DNA from: Rebecca billardiae RCC1528
Lineage: Eukaryota; Protista; Haptophyta
NCBI GenBank assembly: GCA_965240325.2
Contig: OZ251230.1
Location: 2,046,001 to 2,110,000 of the forward strand
Length of the DNA stretch: 64,000 bases
Direction of reading: 5' to 3'
A program made the position numbers and the translations under genes. How positions within the stretch are numbered: position 1 is the stretch's first letter; each line of letters starts with the position of its first letter. The notes beneath the pieces were generated by a model. It was not told where the DNA came from, ran no database searches, and saw only the letters and a program-made list of their open reading frames with translations. This document shows positions 30,601 through 42,675 of the stretch, piece by piece.

Positions 30601-33600
30601 GGCGGTGGTGACGGTGGTGGCGGGCTCGGTGGCGGGCTTGGTGGCGGTGATGGCGGTGGGCTCGGTGGCAGGCGTGGCGGTGGCGGGCTCGGTGGTGGCG
30701 ATGGCGGTGGGCTAGGCGGTGGGCTGGGCGGTGGGCTCGGCAGCGGGCTCGGAGGCGGCGTTGGTGGCGGCGACGGCGGCGGGGTCGGCGGAGGCGGGCT
30801 TGGCGGCGGGCTCGGTGGCGGGCTCGGTGGTGGTGACGGCGGTGGGCTTGGTGGCGGTGGGCTCGGCGGCGGGCTCGGCGGGGGCGATGGCGGTGGACGC
30901 GGTGGTGGGCTGGGCGGTGGCGGGCTGGGTGGTGGCGATGGCGGCGGGCTCGGTGGTGGGCTGGGCGGCGGTGCTGGTGGCGGGCTCGGTGGTGGGCTTG
31001 GTGGCGGGCTTGGCGGTGGTGACGGTGGTGGCGGGCTCGGTGGCGGGCTTGGTGGCGGTGATGGCGGTGGGCTCGGTGGCAGGCGTGGCGGTGGCGGGCT
31101 CGGTGGTGGCGATGGCGGTGAGCTGGGCGGTGGGCTGGGCGGTGGGCTCGGCGGCGGGCTCGGAGGCGGCGTTGGTGGCGGCGACGGCGGCGGGGTCGGC
31201 GGAGGCGGGCTTGGCGGCGGGCTCGGTGGCGGGCTCGGTGGTGGTGACGGCGGTGGGCTTGGTGGCGGTGGGCTCGGCGGCGGGCTCGGCGGGGGCGATG
31301 GCGGTGGACGCGGTGGTGGGCTGGGCGGTGGCGGGCTGGGTGGTGGCGATGGCGGCGGGCTCGGTGGTGGGCTGGGCGGCGGTGCTGGTGGCGGGCTCGG
31401 TGGTGGGCTTGGTGGCGGGCTTGGCGGTGGTGACGGTGGTGGCGGGCTCGGTGGCGGGCTTGGTGGCGGTGATGGCGGTGGGCTCGGTGGCAGGCGTGGC
31501 GGTGGCGGGCTCGGTGGTGGCGATGGCGGTGGGCTGGGCGGTGAGCTGGGCGGTGGGCTCGGTGGCGGGCTCGGAGGCGGCGTTGGTGGCGGCGACGGCG
31601 GCGGGGTCGGCGGAGGCGGGCTTGGCGGCGGGCTCGGTGGCGGGCTCGGTGGTGGTGACGGCGGTGGGCTTGGCGGCGGTGGGCTCGGCGGCGGGCTCGG
31701 CGGGGGCGATGGCGGTGGACGCGGTGGTGGGCTGGGCGGTGGCGGGCTGGGTGGTGGCGATGGCGGCGGGCTCGGTGGTGGGCTGGGCGGCGGTGCTGGT
31801 GGCGGGCTCGGTGGTGGGCTTGGTGGCGGGCTTGGCGGTGGTGACGGTGGTGGCGGGCTCGGTGGCGGGCTTGGTGGCGGTGATGGCGGTGGGCTCGGTG
31901 GCAGGCGTGGCGGTGGCGGGCTCGGTGGTGGCGATGGCGGTGGGCTGGGCGGTGGGCTGGGCGGTGGGCTCGGCGGCGGGCTCGGAGGCGGCGTTGGTGG
32001 CGGCGACGGCGGCGGGGTCGGCGGAGGCGGGCTTGGCGGCGGGCTCGGTGGCGGGCTCGGTGGCGGTGACGGCGGTGGGCTTGGCGGCGGTGGGCTCGGC
32101 GGCGGGCTCGGCGGTGGCGACGGCGGTGGGCGCGGCGGTGGGCTGGGCGGTGGCGGGCTCGGCGGTGGTGATGGCGGTGGGCTGGGTGGTGGGCTCGGCG
32201 GCGGTGATGGTGGCGGGCTCGGTGGTGGGCTTGGTGGCGGTGATGGCGGTGGCGATGGTGGCGGCGGTCTCGGCGGCGGGCTGGGTGGCGGTGATGGCGG
32301 TGGGCTCGGTGGCGGGCGCGGCGGTGGTGGGCTCGGTGGTGGCGATGGCGGTGGGCTGGGCGGTGAGCTGGGCGGTGGGCTCGGTGGCGGGCTCGGTGGC
32401 GGGCTTGGTGGCGGCGTCGGTGGCGGCGACGGCGGCGGGGTCGGCGGAGGCGGGGTTGGCGGCGGGCTCGGCGGCGGGCTCGGTGGTGGTGATGGCGGCG
32501 GGCTGGGCGGCGGCGGGCTCGGCGGCGGGCTCGGCGGAGGAGACGGGGGAGGCGACGGTGGTGGGCTGGGCGGTGGCGGGCTGGGTGGTGGCGATGGCGG
32601 CGGGCTCGGTGGTGGGCTGGGCGGCGGTGATGGTGGTGGGCTCGGTGGTGGGCTTGGTGGCGGGCTTGGCGGTGGTGACGGTGGTGGCGGGCTCGGTGGC
32701 GGGCTTGGTGGCGGTGATGGCGGTGGGCTCGGTGGCGAGCGTGGCGGTGGTGGGCTCGGAGGCGGCGATGGTGGTGAGCTGGGTGGCGGGCTCGGTGGCG
32801 GGCTCGGTGGCGGGCTCGGAGGCGGCGTCGGTGGCGGCGACGGCGGCGAGCTTGGTGGTGGGCTCGGCGGCGGAGTTGGTGGAGGTGACGGGGGAGGCGA
32901 TGGCGGCGGCGGGCTCGGCGGCGGGCTCGGCGGGGGCGACGGTGGCGGCACCGGCGGCGGGCTCGGCGGAGGCGGGCTTGGTGGTGGGCTCGGCGGCGGC
33001 GACGGGGGAGGCGATGGCGGCGGGCTCGGCGGCGGCGGGCTCGGCGGCGGGCTCGGCGGGGGCGACGGTGGCGGCACCGGCGGCGGGCTCGGCGGGGGCG
33101 GGCTCGGCGGTGGAGTCGGCGGCGGCGACGGGGGAGGCGATGGCGGTGGGCTGGGGGGTGGCGGGCTCGGGGGCGGGCTCGGTGGTGGACTGGGCGGTGG
33201 AGCTGGTGGCGGTGTTGGTGGCGGGCTTGGCGGCGGGCTCGGGGGTGGGCTTGGTGGTGGCGACGGCGGCGGTGGGCTCGGTGGCGGGCTCGGTGGTGGC
33301 GCCGGGGGCGGCGGGCTGGGCGGGATGTAGCCGCTCAGGGTGAGCACGTACGCGCCCCCCACGCCATCGGTGCCGCCGCCGCCCTGGGCGCTCGCGCCGA
33401 CGAGCACCTCGGGGGAGCCATCGCCGCTCAGATCGCCCAGATACGCGACGGCGCTGCCAAAGCCGCTCGCGTTGGCGACGGGCGCCGAGAGGCCGCCGAC
33501 GCCATCGCTGATGCGGTCCGCGTGCCGCACCGAGCCGTCCACGCCGAGGAAGAGAATGAATGCAGAGCCAGGGCCGCCTGTGCCGCTCTCGAGCGCGCCG

Positions 33601-36600
33601 ACCAGCACGTCATGTGACGCGCCGTCACCGTCAAGGTCGCCGAGCGCAACGCACGACGCGCCGAACCCCGAGCCCGCGCCTGCGCCCGCGCCGGCAGCCG
33701 TGATCTTGCGCGAGTCGCGCACCGTGCCGTTGGTTCGGAGGTAGAGCACCCACATCGAGCCGCTCCCGGAGCCGTCTGTCGAGTCGCCAGGCGCGCCGAC
33801 AAGCGCGTCGACGACGCCATCGCCGTCAACGTCGCCCGGGCCGCATGCGCCCGCGCCGAAGAGGGCGGAGGGTGTCAGGCTGTCGGCGAAGCCGCCCTCG
33901 CTCTCGGCGATGCGCGCGTAGCCCTTGGCGCTGCCATCCGCGCTCAGGAAGAGGATGTACACCGCCGCCTCCTGGGAGGCGCCCACGAGCAGGTCGATCA
34001 CGCCGTCGCCGTCCACGTCGCCGAGCGCGCCCAGACCGGTGCCAAAGGCAGTTGCGGCGACGGCCGCGAGCGCGCCCTCGCCGGCCGCGAGGGTCGTGTA
34101 CTCCTTGACCGTGCCGTTGGCGCGCAGCCGCAGCACGTACAGCGCGGGCGCGCCGCTCGCCGCACCCGTGCCCACAACCACGTCAGGGACGCCATCGGTG
34201 TCAAGGTCGCCGAGCGGCGCCGCGGAGGAGCCGAACTGGCTGTTGTTGGCGAGCTCGGCGAAGTGCTCGCCCGTTCCAGGCGTGACCCTTGTCGTGTTGC
34301 GCACGGTGCCACGCGCGTCGAGGAAGAGCACGAACGCAGCGCCGACGCTCGCGCCGGCCGAGCTCTCACGTGGCGCGCCGACGAGCACGTCGGGCACACC
34401 GTCACTGTTCACGTCGCCGAGCGCGGCGCTCGAGGCTCCGAAGCCGTCACCCGCGCTGAGGTTGAGGCCAATCTCGGTGGGCGAGAGCGCCACCGTGGCG
34501 AGCACGATCTCTGGCGGCGGCGGCGGCGGGCTCGGTGGCGGGCTCGGCGGAGGGGCGGGCGAGGAGATGAGGATGTCGAAGGCATCACGGACGATAGTGT
34601 CCGCGCCGCCGCCGCCGTGGATGTAGTCCACGTCGCCGTCGAGCGTGTTGATGTAGTCGTCGCCCGCGCCGCCGAACACGCGATCGTAGGCGCCCGCCGC
34701 GCCGTAGATGCGATCGTCGCCGGTGCCGCCGTACATCGTATTGTTCACAGCGCCGGCGGTGGCGCCGTTGGTGGACAGCACGCCGCCGCGCAGCACGTCG
34801 TCGCCGGCGCCGCCGTGCAGCTCGTTCGTGGTCGTGGCCGCACTCCCGTCGGCGGTGCCGTAGCCACCCGTGCCACCAATGAGCTCGTCATTGCCGGCGT
34901 CACCGTACAGCACGTTCACCGCGCCCGCGCCGACGCCGCCGTACGAGCCCCAGCCGCCGTTGCCACCAGTGAGCGTGTCGTTGCCCTCGCCGCCGGACAG
35001 CACGTTGTGCGCCTGCCCCGACGCGAACGACGCCACAGTCGACTTGCCCGAGTTGCCACCCGTGATCGCGTCCGCGCCCAAGCCGCCGCGGAGCGTGTTG
35101 CTCACGTCCACGCCGAGCTGAGGTTGGTTATCCCAGGGGTCCGTGGGGCCAGCGTTGCCGCCCGTGATCACGTCGGCGCCTTCGCCGCCATACGCCGTGT
35201 TGATCGCGGTGCCGCCATAGCTGCCGTTGAAGGTCCAGCTCGCGTCGCCGCCCACAATCACGTCGTCGCCGAGGCCGCCGTCGAAGATGTTGGTCGCGGA
35301 GCCTCCTGTCCCTGTGTCCCAGCTGTAGGCGCCGTCGCCACCCCACATGAAGTCATTGCCCTCACCGCCGGCGAAGACGTTGAGGACATCGCCGCCAAAG
35401 CCGTTCGTTCCTCCGCCCCACGCGGCTCTGCCACCGCGCATCATGTCGTCGCCGTTGCCGCCCGAGAGGGCGTTGTACGCGCTACCGCCGACGCCGTGGT
35501 CCCAGCCAAAGCCGCCGTTCCCACCCCGTAGGACATCGTTGCCCGCGCCACCAGAGAGCGTGTTCACGGAATCGCCACCCCGCGCGTGGTCGCCTCCCCA
35601 GCCGCCTCTACCGCCAGACAGCTCGTCGTTGCCATCGCCGCCCAGCAGCGTGTTGTTCGCCCTGCCGCCGTGGCCGCCTTCGTAGCCCCAGCGGCCACTT
35701 CCGCCGAACAGCATGTCATCACCCGCGCCACCAGACAAGATGCTCGTTGCATCGCCGCCATGGGCGTGTGGGCCGTCGGCCCACCCGCCAGAGCCGCCGC
35801 TCAGCCTGTCGGCGCCATCGCCGCCCGAGAGCGTGTTGTGCGCGTCGCCCCCATGAGCACCCTCCGTGGAGTTGCTCCACGCCCAGCCGCCCGTGCCGCT
35901 CGACAGCTGATCATCTCCCGCGCCGCCGTGGACGACGTTGCGCACATCGCCACCCACGGCGCCCGCCAGCCAAGCCTCGCCGGCTTGGCCGGACCACACG
36001 CGGTCATCTCCATCGTCACCGTAGAGGTAGTTCACCGCGTCTCCGCCGCGTTGGCCGGGCGACAAGTGGCCTATGCCGTCTCCGGCATCGCCACCCCGGA
36101 TGGTGTCCGCACCCCCGAGGCCGTTGATGAGGTTCGCCACACTGTCGCTCGTGAACGGCACGCCCTTGTTCGCTGTCGCAGCATCCACGCCCGCTAGTTC
36201 ATCGTCGGCCGCGCTGCCCGTCGCGACGTTCAGGTTGGCTGGCGGCGGCGGGCTCGGCGGCGGGCTTGGCGGCGGGCTCGGCGGCGCGGCGGGTGGCGGT
36301 GGGCTGGGCGGCGGCGCCGGAGGCGGCGGCGGCGGCGCGGGCGAGCTGCACGGCGGCAGCGACGGCGGGGAGACAGTGGCATTCGGTGCCGTCACTGCGC
36401 CGCACACGCTCGTGTCGCTCACGTCCAACACGCTCAGCGCCGTGAGCAGTGCGAGCTCGGTCGGCAGCGCACCGCGCAGCAGCGTGTTGTTCTGCACGAA
36501 CACGGCCCCAGCGCCGGTGAGCGCACCGAGCGCGGAGGGCAGCACGCCGCTGAGCGAGTTGTGGCTGAGCACGAGCTCTGTGAGAGCGCTCAGCGCGCCG

Positions 36601-39600
36601 ATCGCCGATGGCAGCTCGCCCGTCAGCCGGTTCGCCGAGAGGTCGAGCTCGACAAGGCTGCTCTGCGTGGCGTTCGAGATCTGGCCCGCGGGCAGCGTCC
36701 CTACAAAGCGGTTGCCCCACGCGTACAGCTGCTGCAGGGACGCGATCGTGAAGAGCGTGACCGGCAGCGTGCCCGTGAGGCGGTTGGCCGAGATGTCGGC
36801 GTAGGACAGCTGCGCCAGCGCGCCCACCGCCCAGGGGATGCTGCCCGTCAGCTCGTTCTGCTGCACCTCGAGGCGCCGCAGCGCGGTGAGCGCGAGCAGG
36901 TCGGCTGGCAGCGCGCCAGTGAACGCGTTGTTGAAGAGACGGAGGTATTCCAGCTCGCTCAGCCGCCCGAGCTCCGTGGGCACGGAGCCATTGAGCCCGT
37001 TGTAGTCGACGTGCAGCTTGTACAGCTGGCTCGCGCTGCCGAGCTCGGTCGGCAGCGCGCCGCTCAAGCCGGGGCTGCAGGTGCCGAGGTTGATTGTCTC
37101 GACCGCACCGAGCGCGCCAAACTCGGTCGGCAGCGGCCCCTCGAGGGAGGTGAGCCATGCGGTGATGTCGGTGAGCGCGTCCAGTGCGCCCAGCTCGGTT
37201 GGCAGCGTGCCACTCACGCCCGACGCGGGAACGTGGATGTAAGCGAGGTGGCTGAGGCCGCCGAGCTCGGTGGGCAGCTGCCCGCCCACGGCCGACAGGT
37301 ACAAGTCGAGCAGGTGCAGCGACGCGAGGCCCCCGACCTCCGACGGGAGCACGCCCGTGATCGAGAGCGAGTTGAGCTCGAGAGACGTGAGCTCGCTCAG
37401 GTTGCCGATGGAGGACGGCAGCGTGCCAGTCAGCAGCGTGTCGATGAACGTGAAGGTGACGAGGCCAGTCAGGACGCCGATTTCAGGCGGGAGGGCGCCC
37501 GAGAAGCGGTTGGACTCGATCGCGAGCTTGGTGAGCGCGGTGAGCGCGCCGAGGGCGGGCGGGAGCGTGCCATTGAGCGCGTTGCCCGACACTTCGAGCG
37601 CCGTGAGCGCGGTGAGCGCGCCGATCGCCGGCGGCAGCGCGCCCGTCAGCTCGCAGTCGTCGAGGTCGAGGTACGTGAGCGCGCTGAGCAGCCCGATCTC
37701 GGACGGGATCGTCCCGCTGAACGAGTTGATGTCGAGCTCGAAGTTGGTGAGCGCGGTGAGCAAGCCGATGGAGGGTGGGATCGGCCCCGTGAGCGAGTTG
37801 GAGTCGAGCTCGACAAACTCGAGTGCGGTGAGCGCGCCGAGGTCTGCCGGTAGCGAGCCGCGCAGCTTGTTCCGGCCACCGTCCGCCTCGAGGAAGCGGA
37901 GCGCGGTGAGCCGCGTGAGGTTGGCGGGGAGGTACCCCGTCAGGCGGTTCGCCTGCAAGCGTAGCTCGCTAAGCGCCGTGAGCTGCGCGAGCTCGGACGG
38001 CAGCGCGCCCGAGAAGGAGTTGTAGCCGAGTTGGAGCTGGCTCACGTTGGCGAGCTGCCCGAGCTCGGTGGGCAGCGTGCCCACCAGCCCCGCGTCGCTC
38101 ACGTCGAGGCGAAGCAGCAGCGTGAGCAGTCCCAGCTCGGTCGGCAGCGTGCCAGTGAGCCCGGTGTACGGCAGCACAAGCTCGTCGCACGACGACGGAT
38201 CCGCCACGCACGCCTGGTACTGCGCATTCGCTTGGACAGTGGGTGCGGGCGGCGGGCTTGGCGGCGGCGGGCTCGGCGGAGGTGACGGCGGCGGGCTCGG
38301 CGGAGGTGACGGCGGCAGGCTCGGCGGAGGTGACGGCGGCGGGCTCGGCGGAGGTGACGGCGGCAGGCTCGGTGGAGGTGACGGCGGCAGGCTCGGCGGG
38401 CTCCGCGGTGGCGGGCTCGGCGGCGGGCTCGGTGGGGGAGCCGGCGGGCTCGGCGGGCTCGGCGGGCACGCCGGGAGAGGCGCCGGGCTCACGGCCGGGT
38501 TGACCTGCGCGCCGCACACGTCCGTGCCGGCCACGTCGAAGAGCGTGAGGTCGGTGAGGAGCGCGAGCTCGGACGGCAGCTCGCCGCCGATGAGCGACGC
38601 GTTGCCCACGTCGACGCTCACCAGTTCGGTGAGCAGCCCGAGCTCGGACGGCAGCGAGCCGCTGAACGACGTGCTCGAAGCCTCGAGCTGCGTGAGCGCG
38701 GCGAGCTCGCCGATTGAAGTCGGCAGCGTGCCATTGAGCGAGGTGCCCGACGCCTCGAACCACGTGAGGCGCGGCAGCAAGGCGCCAATCTCGGCGGGCA
38801 GCGTGCCCGTGAAGCCGTTCTGGCCGACTTGGAACTGCTCGAGGGAGCTCAGCGTGAACAAGCCGGAGAGGCTGCCGCGCAGCGCGTTGTCGTTCAGATT
38901 GAGCTGCGTCAGGTTGGCAAGAGCGGGCGAGGCGAGCTCGGTCGGAAGCGTGCCCGTGAACGAGCACTGGTCCAGTCTGAGCACGCTGAGAGAGCTGAGC
39001 GCGCTGATCTCTGTGGGCAACGGCCCCGTGAGGCTGTTGGCGTACGCCGTGAGCTGGTAGACGCGGCTGAGCCTCGCGAGCTCCGTCGGCAGCGGCCCCG
39101 TGAATGCGTTACCCCACGCATCGGCGCGGGTGAGCGCCGTGCACAGGCCGAGCTCGGTGGGCAGTGTGCCTGTCATGTCGTTGCTCCCGACGAAGAGGCC
39201 GACGAGCGACGTGAGCAGGCCCATCTCCGTCGGGATGCTGCCGACCAGGCCCTGCGCGCCGACGCTGAGGGAGGCCGTGCATGAGGATGGCGAGGCGAGG
39301 CACGCCGATACCTCCGCGGTGTCGCTGAACGCCGTCGGCGGCGGCGGGCTCGGTGGCGGGCTCGGCGGCGGCGCGGGCGGCACGCTGAGCGAGAGGATGC
39401 GCACCGCGCCGCTGCCCTGCGCGGCGGAGCCAATGGCGAGCTCGAGCGAGCCGTCGCCGTCCAGGTCGCCGAGCGCGCTCACGCGCGTGCCGAGCTGCTC
39501 GCCGTCGGTCAGCGTGCCCGGCAGCGTGCCGCTCGTTGACGAGAAGGCGAGCGCGCCGAGCACGCCGCCCGCGCTCGAGAGGCGCACGACGTACAGCTTG

Positions 39601-42266
39601 CCGCGCTCGGTGCCGCCATCGTCACTCAGGTGCGCGCCAATCGCCAGGTCGGGCACGCCGTCGTAGTCGATGTCGCCGATGCCGGCCACGTCGCCCGCGC
39701 CGAAGCGCTCGCCGCCCACGACGCCGCCCACTCCCGACGCCAGCGCCGTCTTTGCCTTGGCGGTGCCGCCCGTCGTGAGGAGCACGAGCCAGACCTCGTC
39801 GGCGCGTGTGCCGAGCGCGACGTCGGGCACGCCGTCGCCGTCCACGTCGCCCACGCCGGCGGCGGCGGCGCCGAGCGCGTCGTTGTCGGCGAGGCCGGCG
39901 CCGAAGCTGCCAAAGTTGGTGGCGAGCTGCTGCTCAGCCTTGACGGTGCCGTCACTGTTGAGGAAGAGCACGTACGCAGAGCCGCGGCCCGGCCCGCCGT
40001 CGTCGTCACCGGGCGCGCCCACCAGCACGTCGACGACGCCGTCGCCGTCGATGTCGCCGAGCACCGCGAGTGCGCTGCCGAACGCCGCCTGCGCCTTGAG
40101 CGTCGACACCAAGCCTCCGCTCTCGTCCGAGATCTTCTGCTCCGCCTTGACCGTGCCATTGCTGTGGAGGAAGAGGATGTACGCCGCGCCTGTGTTGGCG
40201 ACGCGGTCGTCGTCGCCGGGCGCGCCGACGACGATATCCGGCACGCCGTCGTCGTCCAGGTCACCGAGCGCACCGACGGCGTCGCCGAACCCGTCGCCCG
40301 CGTCGAGCGGCCCGACGAACCCGCCCTCCGCGGCCGAGATCGTCTGCAGCGCGCGCACGGTGCCGTTGGCGCGGAGGAGGAGCACGTGCAGAGCGCCGCC
40401 ACCGTCGACGCCGCCGAGCGGGTCGAGCAGCGCGGCGTCGCGCACGCCGTCCCCGTCCACGTCGCCCACGCCGATGGCGCCCGGGCGCTCGGCGATGCTG
40501 ATGTTTGCGACGGCGGCTGGGAGCGTGCCCGCAGCGGCCGACAGGATGAGCTCGCTCGCGAGCTGGGCGGCAGGCGGCGGGCTCGGCGGCGGGCTCGGTG
40601 GCAGGCTTGGCGGCGGGCTCGGCGGCGGGCTTGGTGGCAGGCTCGGAGGCGGGATCGGAGGCGGGCTGGGCGGTTGCGGGCTGGGCGGCGGGCTGGGCGG
40701 CGGGCTTGGTGGCAGTGTCGGAGGCGGGCTCGGAGGCGGGGTTGGCGGCGGCGGGCTGGGCGGCGGCCTCGGAGGCGGGCTGGGCGGTGGCGGGCTGGGC
40801 GGCGGCCTCGGAGGCGGGCTCGGCGGTGGCGAGGGTGGCGGGAGGTGCAGCCGCAGCCCGAGCACGTAGAGCGCGCCTGCATTGTTGACGCCGTCATCGT
40901 CCTCGAACGCACCCACGAGCAGCTCGGCGCGGCCGTCGCTGTCGAGGTCGGCGGCGCCGAGCCCAGAACCGAAGCCATCTCCGTCATCAAGCGGGCCGGT
41001 GATGCCGCCGCGCGTCGAGGAGACTTTCATCTCCGCCTCCACCGTCCCGTTCTGCGAGAGCAGGAGGATGTAGCACGCGCCGCGCCCGTCGCCACCGTCG
41101 GAGTCGCCCGGCGCGCCCACGGCGCAGTCTGGGACGCCATCGCCGTTCACGTCACCCAACGAGGCGACGCCGGTCCCGAAGAGGTCGCCGGTCGCGAGCG
41201 CTGCGCGGAGCCCTCCCGAGCCGTCGGTGAGCAGCCTCGACTCGCGCACCGTGCCGTTGGCGCGCATGAACAGCACGTGCGCGGCGCCGGGGCCCGCAGG
41301 GGACGAGGCCGTGCCCTGGCGCTCGCCGACGAGCAGATCGGGCACGCCGTCAGCGTCAACGTCACCCAGCGGCGCGACGGAGGAGCCAAAGAACTGCACC
41401 ACCGGTCCCGTGAGCCCGCCCTCCGTTGACGACACCTTCACCGACGAGGTGAGCGCGAACGTCGGCCACGAGAAGCCGAGGATGTACAGCGCGCCAGAAG
41501 CGCCGGTGCCCTCGCCGATCGCGCCGACGGCGAGCTCTGCGCTGCCGTCCGCGTCCAGGTCGCCGGCGAGGGCGAGGGAAGTGCCAAACAAGGCGGTTGA
41601 GCCGGCGCCCGCCGCGGATCCCGATACCACCGCGCCGCTTGCCACCGTGCCGTTTTCGCGCAGCCGCAGCAGGTGCACCTCGCCGACGGAGGAATCGGTC
41701 GAGGCGGCGTGCGGCGCTCCAATTGCCGCGTCGGGCACGCCGTCCGCGTCCGTGTCGCCGAGCTGCGTGCCTCCAAAGCCGAAGAGCGCCCCCTCGCCGA
41801 GCGCGGCAGGCAGGCCGCCTGCATCGTTCGACAGCCGGGTTGCCGCGCGCACCGTGCCGTTCGCGTGCATGAAGAGCACGAGCGCCGCGCCCGACTGCGA
41901 AGCGCCGCCATCGTCGGCGTGCGGGACGCCGACGAGCAAGTCAGGGACGCCGTCCTGGTCCAGGTCGCCAAGCGTGGCGACGCCGCCACCACCAAGGCGA
42001 TCGTTTGCTCCGAGGATGCCGGTAGGGACTCCGCCCTCCGTCGCCGAGAGCTTCACCTCCAACGATATGGCGCCGAAGTGCGGCGACGGCGGCGGCGGGC
42101 TCGGCGGCGGCGGGAGCGGGTTTGCTATGACTCCGTGCGAACGAGGGAGCAACAGCACGAGTACCGCCGCGGCCGCGACATCGTACAGGGTGCGCGGTGG
42201 TGTCGCACGGGGGCGGCGACAATGGCCCGTACACGCGCTGCGAGGCGATTCGCGCACGCCGTGCAT
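18688..42266 (-). CDS. Giant (about 7,801 aa) polycystin-1-like GAIN/GPS receptor: FG-GAP x3, LRR x2, RTX-like repeats, SPPP stalk, IPT, REJ, GPS, 5 TM, IQ, EF-hands
   Basis: Exon 1 is 42266-22038 (6,743 codons from MHGV..., with hydrophobic VAAAAVLVLLLPRSHG). The intron is 22037-21865 (GTGTGT...CGCAG) and exon 2 is 21864-18688. Splicing gives CVWWD..W..GC...RYCACTHL|TDF, a GPS motif. FG-GAP repeats (GDLDxDGVPDLLVGAP) lie at about 42070-40850, 40570-39380 and 34510-33330. Plant-type LRRs (LTGxLPxELGxL) lie at about 39330-38470 and 38240-36350, and GGxGxD repeats at 36240-34560. REJ-like NRPPYGG...W.D.....PL.F.F, IQ motif LTMQRFARGRKARR, EF loops DADGNGAVDTDE and DTNGNGAIGFSE. Confidence 0.88.
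30560..32200 (-). repeat. 411-bp (137-aa) higher-order tandem repeat within the SPPP stalk, at least 4 near-identical copies
   Basis: The marker AGGCGTGGC (the PPRLPP segment) recurs at 30670, 31081, 31492 and 31903, exactly 411 bp apart. More diverged copies extend to about 32750. Confidence 0.88.
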
Positions 42267-42450
42267 CCCCCTCGTACCTGGCGTCTCCGGCGTGGTTGCC
42301 GGCCCGCGCCCCAGTGGCAGGGAGACGGTTACGAGGCAGCTGATGGCCTGATGCGGGAATACGTATGGATACAGGATGAAGCAGTTCGTCAAAACTCAAA
42401 ATGACAAACTGTTTCGTCGGCTTTGCCTCGTGTGCTATTACAGTTTAGGG

Positions 42451-42475
42451 CAGTTTACTAAGAATAAGAGACGCA
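42451..42475 (+). repeat. 25-bp AT-rich intergenic motif CAGTTTACTAAGAATAAGAGACGCA
   Basis: An identical copy lies at 63718-63742, and a related sequence is on the minus strand at about 16563-16590. Confidence 0.75.
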
Positions 42476-42675
42476 ACAACAGTATCAGCATGGCGTGTGC
42501 GGGTCGGCGCGTTGACCCTGGGCGGCCCAACCGAAGCCGGAGCCCGGCGGCGCGGGCTGACTATGAGCCGAAGGCGCCTAAGCCCGGCGATGTCGTCACC
42601 AGGCCCCACACTTCGTTGTAAGCGATGCTGTATCGTCATCATTGTCTCGGACCTCGGGCGGTCGGGATCTCACTC

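Noticed and set aside
25735-33343. Very long plus-strand poly-Gly or Ala/Val ORFs (for example 29440-33330)
   Set aside because: They are the reverse complement of the proline codons of the giant gene, and are stop-free only because of composition.
42267-42392. ORF-track start of the giant ORF at 42392
   Set aside because: This is a non-ATG start. The first in-frame ATG at 42266 precedes the hydrophobic signal-like segment.
42444-42450. TTTAGGG telomeric heptamer
   Set aside because: It is a single copy and not an array.
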